Shown here piece by piece: positions 51,091-63,138 of a DNA stretch of 64,000 nt (its first letter is position 1; each line of letters begins with the position of its first letter). The notes under the pieces were generated by a model. That model ran no database searches, had not been told where the DNA came from, and was given only the letters and a program-made list of their open reading frames with translations. The DNA is taken from the NCBI GenBank assembly GCA_013265495.1, contig MU058213.1:2976001-3040000 (forward strand). The letters are read 5' to 3'. The DNA is from Vicugna vicugna. Taxonomy: Eukaryota. The position numbers and the translations under genes are program-made.

Positions 51091-53924
51091 TTTTTTAAAC
51101 TTTTTTTATTGAGTAATAGTCATTTTACAATGTTGTGTCAAATTCCAGTGTAGAGCACAATTTTTTCAGTTATATATGAACATACATATATTCATTGTCA
51201 CATTTTTTTTCACTATGAGCTACCACGAGATCTTGTATATATTTCCCTGTGCTATACAGTATAATCTTGTTTACCTACTCTACATTTCAAAATCCCAGTC
51301 TGTCCCTTCCCACCACCCGCCCTCTTGGCAACCACAACTTTGTATTCTATGTCTATGAGTCTGTTCCTGTTTTGTGTTTATGTTTTGTTTTGTTTTAGAT
51401 TCCACATATGAGTGATCTCATATGGTATTTTTCTTTCTCCTTCTGGCTTACTTCACTTAGAATGATATTCTCAAGGAACATCCACGTTGCTGCAAATGGC
51501 GTTATGTTGTCGGGTTTTGTGGCTGAATAGTATTCCATTGTATAAATATATCACATCTTCTTTATCCAGTCATCTGTTGATGGACATTTAGGCTGTTTCT
51601 ATGTTTTGGCTATTGTAAATAGTGCTTCTATGAACATTGAGGTGCAGGTGTCATTTTGAAGTAGGGATCCTTCTGGATATATGCCCAGGAGTGGGATTCC
51701 TGGGTCATACAGTAAGTCTATTCCTAGTCTTATGAGGAATCTCCATACTGTATTCCACAGTGGCTTTCCGTGCTTCCCTCTCCCACTCTTAATGATTTAG
51801 ATGTCTTCTTTTACAATTTTGTGTTTATTCTTTTGTAATTCATTGCAGTTATCAACTTTCCAGTTATGAGTTTCTCATTTTTGTAGAGTCTTGCTTCTTT
51901 TCTGTTTAGAGCAGACCTGTCAATATTTCTTTTAGCATCGGTTTAGTGTTGCTAAGTTTTCACCTGTCTGTGAAGTTCTTTATCTCTCTTTCTACTCTAA
52001 GACATAGCCTTGCTGGATAGAGTATTCTAGGTTGCATCTTTTTTCATGCAGGACTTTGAATATATCTTGCCACTCCCTTCTGGCCTGCAGTGTTTGTATA
52101 GAGATATCAGCTGAGAGCCTTATGGGGGTTCCCTTGTAACTCACTCTTTGTTTTTTTCTTGCTGCCTTTAGGACCATTTCTTTATCCTTGACTCTGGCCA
52201 TCTTGATTATGATATGTCTTGGTGTGGGTCTGTTTGGGTTCTTCCTGTTTGGGACCCTCTGAGCCTCCTGTACTTGGATATCTGATTCCTTCTTTATGTT
52301 TGGAAAGTTTTCAGTCATGATTTCTTCAAATACCTTTTCAATCCCCTTTGCTCTTTCTTCTCCTTCTGGGACCCCTATTATGTGTAGGTTGGCATGCTTT
52401 ATATTATCCCATAGGTCCCATATATTATGTTCATTGTTTTTTATTTGTTTTTCTCTCAGCTGTTCTGATTGGGTGCTTTCTGTTGTCCTGTCTAAGTCAC
52501 TTATTCGTTCCTCTGCATCATCTAGTCCACTTTGCACAGCCTTTAGGTCGGCTTTCATCTCAGCAAATGAGTTTACTAATCCTACTTGGTTCTTCTTTAT
52601 AGCTTCTATTTCATTTTTGACATTTTATATCTCTAAACACTATTTCTTTTCTTTCCTTCAGTACTTTGATCACTCCTTTTTTGAAATCTTGATCTGGTAG
52701 GCCTTCAATGTCTATGTCCTTGATTGTGCTTTCAAGGGATTTCTCTTGATCTTTTAATTGGAAGTGGTTCCTCTGCTTCTTCATATTGCTCATATCTCCC
52801 TGGCACTGTGACCAGTGGGCGAGCAGGTCACTCCCCCTCCTGATGCTGCAGTCAGATGCTCTGCTCTGGCAAGGCAGGTGGCTGGATTGCGCCCCCTCCC
52901 ACCACCATGGTCAGGTGCTGCATTCCTGCCAGAAAGGCAAGTGGCCACCTGCCCTCTCCGAGCGCCAGTCGCTTCACTGCTCTGTGCAGTTGCCTGCTTC
53001 ACCTCAGGTTGGCACTCTGTAGGCGGCCTCGGGGAAGACCGTGGAACAGCCCCGCCCCTGCTCTGTGCCAAATCTCAGTTCCTTGTTTGTCTTGGGGGTG
53101 CAAGTTCTCTGAGGTGCCCAGGCAGAAAGATCCTATCTGCCTCCGGCTATAAACAAGTCTCAGTCCTGCTAGGAGGTTGCGGAGCCCCTGGGTGCGGATT
53201 CAGGTCTCAGCCCCACCCCCACCCAGGCACCCTGTGCACAGGACGAGATGGCAGCTGTGGCTGTGCCACGCCTCTCTTCTGTAAAGAAGCACCAGTAATG
53301 GCGGTGTGGGTCTGAGGAGACAAAGACTATGGCATCCCTCCCCCCAGGGCACACCAGCCTTGTTACTTTGCTTTTTTCACAATTTATGGGGGACCGAGGT
53401 TGTTCTGCTCCATATCCCCTCCCAGCCACAGCACACAGCACCCTGCAGTCCCCCGGGGCTACCTCAGTGCAGCCGCCCCAGTCCTCCGCCAGGTTCAGGC
53501 AGCCTGTCCTGGCCCCAGCTGCTGGCTTGCATCTTGGGCTGGGTGTCACGGGGACCCTTTGTGCCCGTTTAACTTAGTTCTGTTGGTCAAGGGCTGCTGG
53601 GGGCAGATTTGAGATTCAGAGGCCCCCCTCTGTCCCGTCGGCCTCTCCATTGGAGAGGGGAGACCCAGCGAACGAGCGCTAGTCCTCCGTTGCCACTCCC
53701 TCCCCATGGGACTGGTCCTGCACTGTTTTGTTTTTTCTTCTTTCTTTTTTCCTTTTCTCCTACCAGATTTTTGGCGTCTTTCTCTTTCAGAGAAGGCGAT
53801 GTTCTGTGAGAGTTCAGCAGGTGCTCTGGTTGGCTGAGTGGGTCCCTAGATGTGAGTTTGGGTGTATTTGTGGGAGAGGGTGAGCTACGAGCGTCCTTCT
53901 ACTTTGTCATCTTGTTTCTTTCTC
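51091..53924 (-). mobile_element. nested half-L1-like element (5'UTR + ORF1 + 3' end, 2834 bp)
   Basis: TSD cacatccacttt (51079-51090 / 53925-53936); 5' start gagaaagaaacaagatg; inter-ORF spacer fused at ~51765 to the end of ORF2; T-tail at 51091. Confidence 0.93.
51906..52793 (-). pseudogene. L1 ORF1p (RNA-binding chaperone), frameshifted
   Basis: ORFs MSNMKKQRNH... and ...LWDNIKHANLHIIGVPEGEE...PTPRHIIIKM...GTPIRLSAD. Confidence 0.92.
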
Positions 53925-54229
53925 CACATCCACTTTGTTTTTTCTTTTCCTTTTTTAATTTTTAATTGTTTTTTAATTTTTTTATTTTTTAATCCTTTTC
54001 ATTTTTTCTTTGAAATTTTTTAATTAATTTTTTAATTTGTCTCAATTTGATTTTTCTCTCTTTTTGTTTTGTTCTTGTTATTGATTATGCTCTGTTCTCC
54101 AAACTTTTTTCTTCTTTAAAAATGTTTTCTAGTTTTATTTCCACATCTGCTTTAGATAAATAAATAAACAAACCCCTTAAGGGCCACAGTAGATAGCTGA
54201 TACTTCATAATCCATAGTGTGAGAGAGAT

Positions 54230-55194
54230 ATAAGCAAGATGAAGAAGCAGAGGAACCACTCCTAATTAAAAGAACAAGAGAAATGCCCTGAAAGAATGAT
54301 CAATGAAATAGACCTTAGTCTATAGATCATGATTTCAAAAAAAGAGTGATCAAAGTACTGAAGGAACTAAAAGAGACTGTGAGCAGAGATGGAGACTATA
54401 TCAAAAGGGAAACTGAAACTGGAATTTGACACAACATTGTAAAATGATTATAAATCAATAAAAAATGTTTTTAAAAAAGGGAAACAAACTATAAAGAGGA
54501 GCCAATCAAAATTGGAAAACTCATTTGCTGAGATGAGAGCTGATCTAAAGGCTGTACAAAGCAGACTAGATAATGCAGAGGAATGAGTAAGTGACTTAGA
54601 AGACAGGAAAACAGAAGTCACCCAATCAGAACAGCTGAGAGATAAACAAATAAAACCAATGAACATAATATAAGGGACCTATGGGATAATATAAAGCATG
54701 CCAACCTACACATAATAGGGGTCCCAGAAGGAGAAGAAAGAGCAAAGGGGATTGAAAAGGTATTTGAAGAAATCATGACTGAAAACTTTCCAAGCATCAA
54801 GAAGGAATCAGATATCCAAGTACAGAAAGCACAGAGGATGCCAAACAAGAAGAACCAAAACAGACCCACACCAAGACATATTGTAATCAGGATGGCCAGG
54901 GTTAAGGATAAAGAAGTGATTCTAAAGGCAGCTAGAGAAAAATAAAGTTCATTACAAGGGAACTCCCATAGGGCTTTCAGCTGATATCTCTATACAAACA
55001 CTGCAGGCCAGAAGGGAGTGGCAAGATATATTCTAAGTCCTGATGAGAAAAAGATGCAACCTAGGATACTCTATCCAGCAAGGCTATCCTTTAGAATAGA
55101 AGGAGAGATAAAGAACTTCACAGACAAGTAAAAACTAAAAGAATTTAGCAATACTAAACCCATGCCAAAAGAAATATTGAAAGGTCTACTCTAA
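54230..55194 (+). pseudogene. L1 ORF1p of the host element, disrupted
   Basis: Homologous to the nested ORF1 (gacctatgggataatataaagcatgccaacctacacataataggggtccc); carries stops, frameshifts and an insertion. Confidence 0.9.
54421..54474 (+). mobile_element. ~54-bp L1 3'-terminal stub inserted in host ORF1
   Basis: ggaatttgacacaacattgtaaaatgattataaatcaataaaaaatgtt matches the young L1 terminus; TSD aaaagggaaac(tg)aaact. Confidence 0.88.
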
Positions 55195-55585
55195 ATAGAA
55201 AAGAAGCAGGATGATACAGAAAGGAGAAAACCATCATTGGAAAGGCGATAACTACAATGAATTACAACAGAATAAACATGAAATTGTAAAAGAAGACATT
55301 TAAATCATTAAGGGTGGGAGAAGGGAGCAACAAAATATAGAGGTTTTTTTTCTTTTTTTGTTCTCAGTAGGATGGGTTTGAGCTTATATTACTATCAGTT
55401 TAAAACAAACAGATATAGTAATGGGTTAATATACATACAAAACAGGGTAACTACAAGCCAAAAGCTTACTACAGAGTCATAAAAACTAAAAAGAAACCAC
55501 AATAATACAAAGGAAAATTATCAAACCACAAAAAGAAAAAGGAACAAAGAGGAAATACCAAATCAACTTCAAAAATAAGTTCAAA

Positions 55586-56852
55586 ATGATAATAAATACA
55601 CATCTATCAATAATTACTGGAAATGTCAATGGAGTAAATGCTCCAATTAAAAGACACAGAGTGGTAGACTTGACAATAAAACAAGAACCAACAATATGCT
55701 GCATACAAGAGACCCACTTTAGGGAGAAGGACACACATAGACCGAGAGTGAGGATGGAAAAAGATACTCCACACAAATGGAAATGACAAGAAAGCAAGAG
55801 TAGCAATACTGATTTCAGACAAAATAGACTTTAAAACAAAGGCCATAAAGAAAGATAAAGAAGGACATTATATAATGATTAAAGGAGCAATACAAGATGA
55901 GGATATTACACTCACTAGCATATATGCACCCAACATAGGAGCACCTAAATACATAAAGCAAATACTAACAGAGATAAAGGGAGAAACTAATGGGAACACA
56001 ATCATAGTGGGAGACTTTAACACCCCATTAACATCACTGGACAGATCTTCCAGACAGAAAATTAATAAGGCAACAGAAAAACTAAATGATACAATAGAAT
56101 AATTAGACTTCGTTGATTTTTCAGAACATTACATCCCACAAAAAGAGGATATACATTCTTTTCAAGTGCACATGGAACATTTTCTAGTATAGATCATGTA
56201 CTGGGGCACAAAAGGAACCTCAACAACTTTAAGAAGATAGAAATTATTTCAAGCATCTTTTCTGAACACAATGCCATGAAACTAGAAATCAACTAAAGAA
56301 AAACAAAGAAGGAAAAAAACAACAGCATGGAGATTAAACAACATGCTACTAAAAAACCAATGAGTCAATGATGAAATCAAAGAAGAAAGTAAAAAATGCT
56401 TTGAGACAAGCAACAATGAAAACACAACCACACAAGAAAAGAGAACCCTCCTACACTGTTGGTGGGAATGCAGTTTAGTGCAGCCATTGTAGAAAACAGT
56501 ATGGAGATTCCTCAAAAGACTAAAAATAGACTTACCATATGACCCAGCAATCCCACTCCTGGGCATATATCCAGAGGGAACCTTAATTCAAAAAGACACC
56601 TGCACCCCAATGTTCATAGAAGCATTATTTACAATAGCCAAGACATGGAAGCAACCTAAATGTCCATTGACAGATAACTGGATAAAACTGTGGTATATTT
56701 ATACAATGGAATGCTACTCAGCCGTAAAAAAATGATAAAATAATGCCATTTGCAGCAACATGGAAGGCCCTGGAGAATGTCATTCTAAGTGAAGTAAGCC
56801 AGAAAGAGAAAGAAAAATACCATATGATATCACCCATATGTTGAATATTTAA
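55586..56852 (+). pseudogene. L1 ORF2p remnant: endonuclease domain fused to the extreme C-terminus, no RT
   Basis: SIITGNVNGVNAPIKR...ICCIQETH...IYAPN...IIVGDFNTPL...SEHNA; jump at acacaa|gaaaagagaaccc. Confidence 0.9.
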
Positions 56853-59009
56853 AAAAAAAGAGACAAATGAACTTATATATAAAACAGAAACACACAGACA
56901 TAGAATACAGACTTGTGGTTGCTGGGGGGAGGGCAGTGGGAAGGGATAAACTGGGAGTTTGAGATTTGCAGATACTGACTGGTATATATAAAATAAACAA
57001 ACAAGTTTATACTGTATAGCACAGGGAACTATATTCAATATCTTGTAGTAACTTATGGTGAAAAAGAATATGAAAATGAATATGTGTATGTTCATGTATG
57101 ACTGAAGCATTGTGCTGTACACCAGAAATTGACACAACATTGTAAACTGACTATACCTCAATAAAAAAAAAAAAAGGCCTGTTAGATGACAGTGAGTTGG
57201 TAAGAACAGAAAGAAGACACATGAAGAGTCAAAAAAACAGAAGTAAAAGTTTTAAGTGGAAGGAGAGAATAAAAGGTAGAAATAAAGGCAGAGTTTGTTT
57301 ATTTTTTACAGAAATAGACTGTAATTCTAGACTATACCATGAGGCTCTGAGAAGATTCTGAATGTTTCTCATGTCCTTTTGGAACACTAATTAACTAAGA
57401 GATCACAGTTCACAGCTTATCAGCTGCTCTTTATCCATTTAAAATAATCCATGAGGAAATGTTAGTTCAAGGCCGTTAACACTGTCCAAATAAATAACAT
57501 CTCAGAGGCTGATCACCTTGAGAAGGGTGGAATCCTCCCAACTCCACTACAGAAAAATAGCTATTCTTACAACCCCAGTCATTACTTGACAAATCACGGG
57601 GTTGTTCTTTGTTATGAGGGTGGGTAGAACATCACCATTTATCTACATCTGAATCTGGGACACCTGGCTACCCTAACCTTGTAGAGGAGACAGAGCATTA
57701 ATCACAGGCCAGGGAGCTACGGACAGTGAAAGGCACAAAGTTATGAAAATTTATGGCTTTACCAACAAAACCAAGTATGATTTCTATTTACGTACACTGT
57801 TTTATTTTTAGATCATCTTCCAGCCACCTCGCCATCACGGTTTGTATTTAGGAAGAGGCAAGTTTGACATGTCTGATTACTTATAACTAAAACTCATGTT
57901 TAAAGTAGCACTCAAAAGAAGTTACAAAAACCTCAATTGCTCCTAATAGAAAACATCATTTACCAAAGAATTGCTTTATTACTAATACTTTAGGAAGTTG
58001 GTCCTTGGTCCAGATAATTTGTGTCTCTAAATCCTGTGAATATTGGCCTATGCATAAAAGATCTGAAGGGAAAACTAGAGGGAATAGTAATAATAAATTA
58101 TTTTCCAGTTTAAATTGGCAAAATAGAATAAGAAATGTTATGACTATTGAGTGAGAAGGCAAATTGGATATATAGTGTGATTACTCTTTTTAATAAGCTA
58201 TGAAAACTAGAGAGAGAGAGAGAGTGATAATGGTGGCCTGGAAGACCCCTAACATGTATACTTCTGTATGCTTGGGTTCTTTGTTGTTGTTTTCATATAT
58301 ATAAGTATTTATTTTTCTTACTTTTTAAACCAATGAAAAAAAAATTTTTTAATCTCCTAAGCCTTACCAGCATGTGATCTTTAACACTTTTCTCCCAGTG
58401 GTGAAAACAGGACACATACACAGTTTATGAGGCAAATTAGACCATATATTTAAAGCTCCTAACACCACACTTAGTACAGCAGATGCTATAGGATCAAAGT
58501 CTACTAGTTTCATTTTCAAAAACCAAGAATCTAAAATTAAAATTTATGTTAAAATAATATTGTGGATTGTCATTTATTTCATGTATGTATGAAAAGCATT
58601 ACAAATCAAATGAAAATTAGGATCTTCAGGGAAAAAAGTGTTTTAATAAAAGCAATCTTGCATTATATAATGAACCGCATTAATAATAATTGAACATTAA
58701 CAGCACTCTACTCCTTCAACATTTATTGAATTTTTGCCAACAGATCCTTATACAAAATAAAATTTTGGAAAGCCTGCTTTCCCATATCATAATCCAACTC
58801 AAATACAATAAAAACCAATAGTATGAAAAACAAAGCTCCAACCATTATAACTCACATAATAGCAGATGACACAAAGAAAATGATGCTATGGACCCAGAAG
58901 GAAAGGAGTATTGGACCCAGACTGAAACATGAGACATGAACTCCAGCATCCTCTGGTCCTCACACCCGGGTGTCAGTATCTGAACTCAACTCACCATGCT
59001 TCCCTCCAC

Positions 59010-59702
59010 TGATAATGGAAGAGCTTTCTTTCTTCCTGTATCTTCCTTCATCTAAGACTGCAACCTAAGTTTGTTACCCTTTACTTTCCATTTTCCTTCT
59101 CCTCCTTAACTCCCTCAAGAGCTTTTTAAAACTCTCCTTCAGCCATGTAACCCTCTCACACTACTTTCCTCTAGCCCTCCTCGACCACTGCCAACTTTCT
59201 CAAGAGAATTAAATTATCTCTGCTTCCTTATGTCTAAGGTAGACTCTGGAAATCTTCCCTCCCACTGTTCACTCCCTCTTAGTGATCATATTCATAGTCA
59301 CAGTTTCATCTCCTACCTCCATGGTGGTGACTTCTAAATAGTCCGATTAAGCCTTATCTTCTCCCTTGAGCTTAGACCTGTGTAAACTGTCTGCTAGGAA
59401 ATCTCAACCCTGATACCTGGATAACCAAATCCAAAATGTGTATAAAACTGGATTCACGATCTAGCACTAGTGTCCTCTTGTTGTGTTCTCCCCTTAAGAC
59501 AGAACAATACAAATACTCCTCCTCCAGCAGCAGCCAGGAACCTGGGACCCATCATCCTCAGCTCTCTCCTTCCCTTTCCCGCTACATCTAGGACCAAATC
59601 CTGTCAATTCAATGAATAGCTGTCATATCAATCCCCTCATCTCTGTCCCAACTGCTGTTGCCTTAATCCGTTCCCCATTTGCTGCTTCCTAGACTCCTGC
59701 AG
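59010..59702 (+). mobile_element. L2 fragments
   Basis: ggtggtgacttctaaat...ctcccttgagcttagacc...accaaatcctgtcaattc. Confidence 0.7.
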
Positions 59703-59998
59703 TGGAGAGAGCATAGCTTACGGCCATGTACTAACCACAGTGCGGGATGGCTCGGGCTCTTGAGACACACTGTGGGGTGCAGACCCTGACTCCTTCATGC
59801 ACTACCTGTGAAATGGCAGGCAAATTACTTATCCTCTGTGCACCTCAGTTTCCTCATCTGTAAAAAAGAGAATCCCTTAATTATCCCTGTAAGGATGTTG
59901 TTTGGTCTAAATGTACACTTATAAAGGTAAAACACTAAGAAGAGTACCTGGAACTTCCTGTTAAAAAATACACACATATTAATGTTGTTATTATTGCT
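59703..59998 (+). mobile_element. MIR SINE
   Basis: ggcaaattacttatcctctgtgcacctcagtttcctcatctgtaaaa core. Confidence 0.85.
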
Positions 59999-60355
59999 GT
60001 TTTCACTGGGTTCCAACTAGTGTATTGTAGCAACAGTAGTTCATGGCAGCAACTGGTAATTGGAGATGAGACACTCAGTGTGTTCCACACCAAATCAGGA
60101 GAGGCCAAAAAGCGGGACCTCGGTGACTTCAACACAGAGAGCATTCAGAGCACCTCCTAACCCTTCAGAATCACCATAAGGCTTTTAGGAACTACATGGA
60201 ATTGCCATTTTGGTAAGTCAAAAACAGCTGAATGACTGCAATTCCACATAGTTCAATCTGATACTTTAATAGACAGAAATGAAATATGTTTACATAGGAA
60301 AAATACTATCTTTAAACCTATTTTGTTAAGGACCTTTAAAAAGTAGCCCCTCTTC

Positions 60356-60665
60356 CATTATGCTAAGTGAAATAAGTCATACAGAGAGAGCCAAATACTG
60401 TATGGTATCACTTATATGTGGAATCTAAAAAATACAACAAACCAGTGACTATAACAAAAAGGAAGCAGACTCCCAGACATAGAGAACAAACCAGTGGCCA
60501 CCAGTGAGGAGGGAGGGGCAATACAGGGGTGGTGGGGTGGGAGGTACAACCTACTGGGTATAAGATAGGCTCAAAGAGGTATTTTGTACATCACAGGGAA
60601 TAAAGCCAGTATTTTGTAATAACTGTAAGTGGAAAATAACCTTTAAAATTATATTTAAAATTTTT
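60356..60665 (+). mobile_element. L1 3' end (intermediate age), TSD-flanked
   Basis: cattatgctaagtgaaataagtca...ggaatctaaaaa; TSD aagtagcccctcttc/aagtataccctcttc. Confidence 0.9.
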
Positions 60666-62689
60666 AAGTATACCCTCTTCTTTAAAGAATTTTAAGGACT
60701 TTTTCAAAGCCATACGTCTTAGCTCATCTTCCTTAAGATCAAGACACTCATCATCAGTATCATTAGGCAAACTCAGGTCTGAACTTCTGCTTCTCCAGTC
60801 TTCACTGAGCAGGTTCCTTGGGTCTCTGCCAAGATACCTGTAAGCTACCAGCTGCTTAACTCTACAACCTGGATCACAAGAGTTTTTAGCTTCTAAGCTT
60901 GACTTGAACTTTAAAGTCGTTAATGGAGATGCCTCTTCCTACAGATGTTCTAAAAGCTGGTGGCAGCATCTAAAAGCCACACAGCCATGTCAGCAAGTTC
61001 TCTGGTCCATTTTGATGGTGTATGGCAATGACACTGGCAACAGTGGCTGTAGAAACATCTCTATCTCACAAGAAAAAGAAGGGTGATCAGAAGCATGTCT
61101 AGCTGAGTATGGAGGATGCAAGGTGTTCAAACCACCAGATGTTCTGATTTTGCAAAGGCAGCTTGTTCTCATCACATGTCCTGGGAGCTCTCATCCCAAG
61201 TCCAGGTGGTTCAGACTCAGTTCATTGCTTCTTAACTGTCAGGAAAGAGGAACATTTTTAAAGCATTTCCCTGATGGCATCACTCATACTCTTCTAATCC
61301 AGGTCCCAGGGCACTTGTGGAAGATTTTGTAAGAGACGACATTTTAAGAAACTGGAAGAGTAAGTCGACATGAGTACGAGGGGTAGGGATATTCTGACAC
61401 ACTAAGAGGTAAAGCAAGGCTCTCAGTTTGAGAGATGTTAAATAAAGAGTTGGAGTAAGGGGGCCTCCCTCCTCCATCTCAAGGCACTGTTGAGTTGGGC
61501 TGAAAAGACAATCAGGATAGAAGGGATAACATTTAGTACTAGTGGCCTAATTCTAATGGCCAGGCTAACAATAAGGAGCCTGGGTGACAGCAACCAATGA
61601 GCTCAAAATAAGAGACCAAATGCTGCCCAGAAAAGGGAAAGACGAAACAAACCCACAGAGACAAAGCAACCTAGAAAGGGCTTTGGCGGAGAACAAATAG
61701 GTCCAAAGGGAATATTTTTTAAGTTGTTGTGATGAGGTACATGACACAAATCTCCTCCTCCACCTTTCCTACAAAGTTATTTTTTTTACCTGAATTGCTG
61801 ATTATTTTATACAATCAGAAAGATTTCTATTTTTTTTTCCTATTAACCCTAAAGAGATTCTGAGTTTGGCTTCTAGGTTGGTCCAGAGATTCATCATAGA
61901 AACGCTGAAACCAGACTATGGTGAACATCTGGGTGTAGTTCATGCCCTTCAGCATTGGCAAAGGCCTCACTAAATCCTGAAACACTGCCCTCACCTCAGA
62001 AGAGACTTGATGGCCCAGGATTTAACTTCACTCTCAGAGACTTTTTACAAAGCAAACACTTGCTCCTCCATTACATTTCCACAACTGCTGCAAACACAAA
62101 CCCAGTCAAGAAGCATTTTCTGAATTGTAATAAATAATGTATGTTTTCTTTTCACTTATAAGTAACATAAAAGGTAAAGGCAATCCAGGGTGATGCACTG
62201 AATGAAGTAATAGTTTTGCAGTGACACCATAGCAGAGCTGCACAAAAGCTGCATGCCAGATGGCTACCTCGCTCAAGGGAAGACATAAACACCCTCCAAC
62301 CTCTAGGACAGCAGGGCTTTGGGAAGAGGCAACAAGATCTCAATGCAAGGAGGCTTGAGCTCCATGTGAAGCCACTGGCTTCCGCAGAATTTATCACACC
62401 GCTCATCACACCACCATCCCAGAAGTGGTACCTGACAGCTGTCTTCTTATCTTAAAAAGCAAACTTAAATTTGCTGTAGTTATGTCTTGAAGTTGTCATC
62501 TCTATTTTTCTTGACTGAATGTCTGATCATCAGTTAAAATTGACAAGTGGGTAAGTAGAGATCTATGCTTATTTTCTGTTCTAAAAAAGAAAGAACCTCT
62601 GTCACCTGAGGTTCTTAATTTTTATAGAACCAAATTCAGGCAGAATCAAAGGGATCCTTGAAGGAACACTTTCTTGCATACCATGTAGA

Positions 62690-63138
62690 TTTTTTTTAAT
62701 TGAAATATAGTAGGTTTACAATGTGTCAATTTCTGATGTACAGTATAATGTTTCAATCATACATATACATACATATATTCCTTTTCATATCTTTTTCATT
62801 AAACTACAAGATATTGAATATATTTCCCTGTGCTATACAGTAGAAACTTGTTTATTTATTTTATATACAGTAGTTAGTATCTGCAAATCTCATACTCCTA
62901 ATCTATCCCTTCCCACCCCTTTTCCTTCCTGGTAACCACAAGTTTGTTTTCTGTCTGAGTTTGTTTCTGTTTTGTAAATAAGTTCATTTGTGTCTTTTTT
63001 TTAGATTCCACATGTAAGTGATATCATATGGAATTTTATTTTCTCTTTCTGGCTTACTTAGAATGACAATCACCAGGTCCATCCATGTTGCTGCAAATGG
63101 CATTATTTTATTCTTTTTTATGGATGAGAAGTATTTCA
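62690..63138 (-). mobile_element. L1 3' end, 5'-truncated
   Basis: ORF2 C-terminus IKKNKIMPFAATWMDLVIVILS; T-tail at 62690. Confidence 0.92.

Larger units (their letters stand above)
49701..57175 (+). mobile_element. 5'-intact lineage-specific L1 (host) with RT domain deleted and two nested insertions
   Basis: 5' gggtagaagggccaagatggcgg, CpG-rich 5'UTR, ORF1, ORF2 endonuclease, fusion at 56435/56436 to the ORF2 C-terminus, 3'UTR, AATAAA + poly(A). Confidence 0.95.

Noticed and set aside
52786..53809. Cluster of overlapping 66-166 aa ORFs resembling a GC-rich gene start or CpG island
   Set aside because: Lies entirely within the nested L1 5'UTR; GC-rich DNA is stop-poor.
51755..56445. L1 internal deletions as spliced retrocopies (SpIRE-like)
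   Set aside because: Compared with the paralogous or expected L1 sequence, the 5' sides of the junctions are not followed by GT, so canonical splicing is unsupported.
60031..60160. Protein-looking open frame SSWQQLVIGDETLSVFHTKSGEAKKRDLGDFNTESIQSTS* as a terminal exon
   Set aside because: Weak acceptor (tgtattgtag), no recognised family and no partner exons; a tBLASTn search would be needed.
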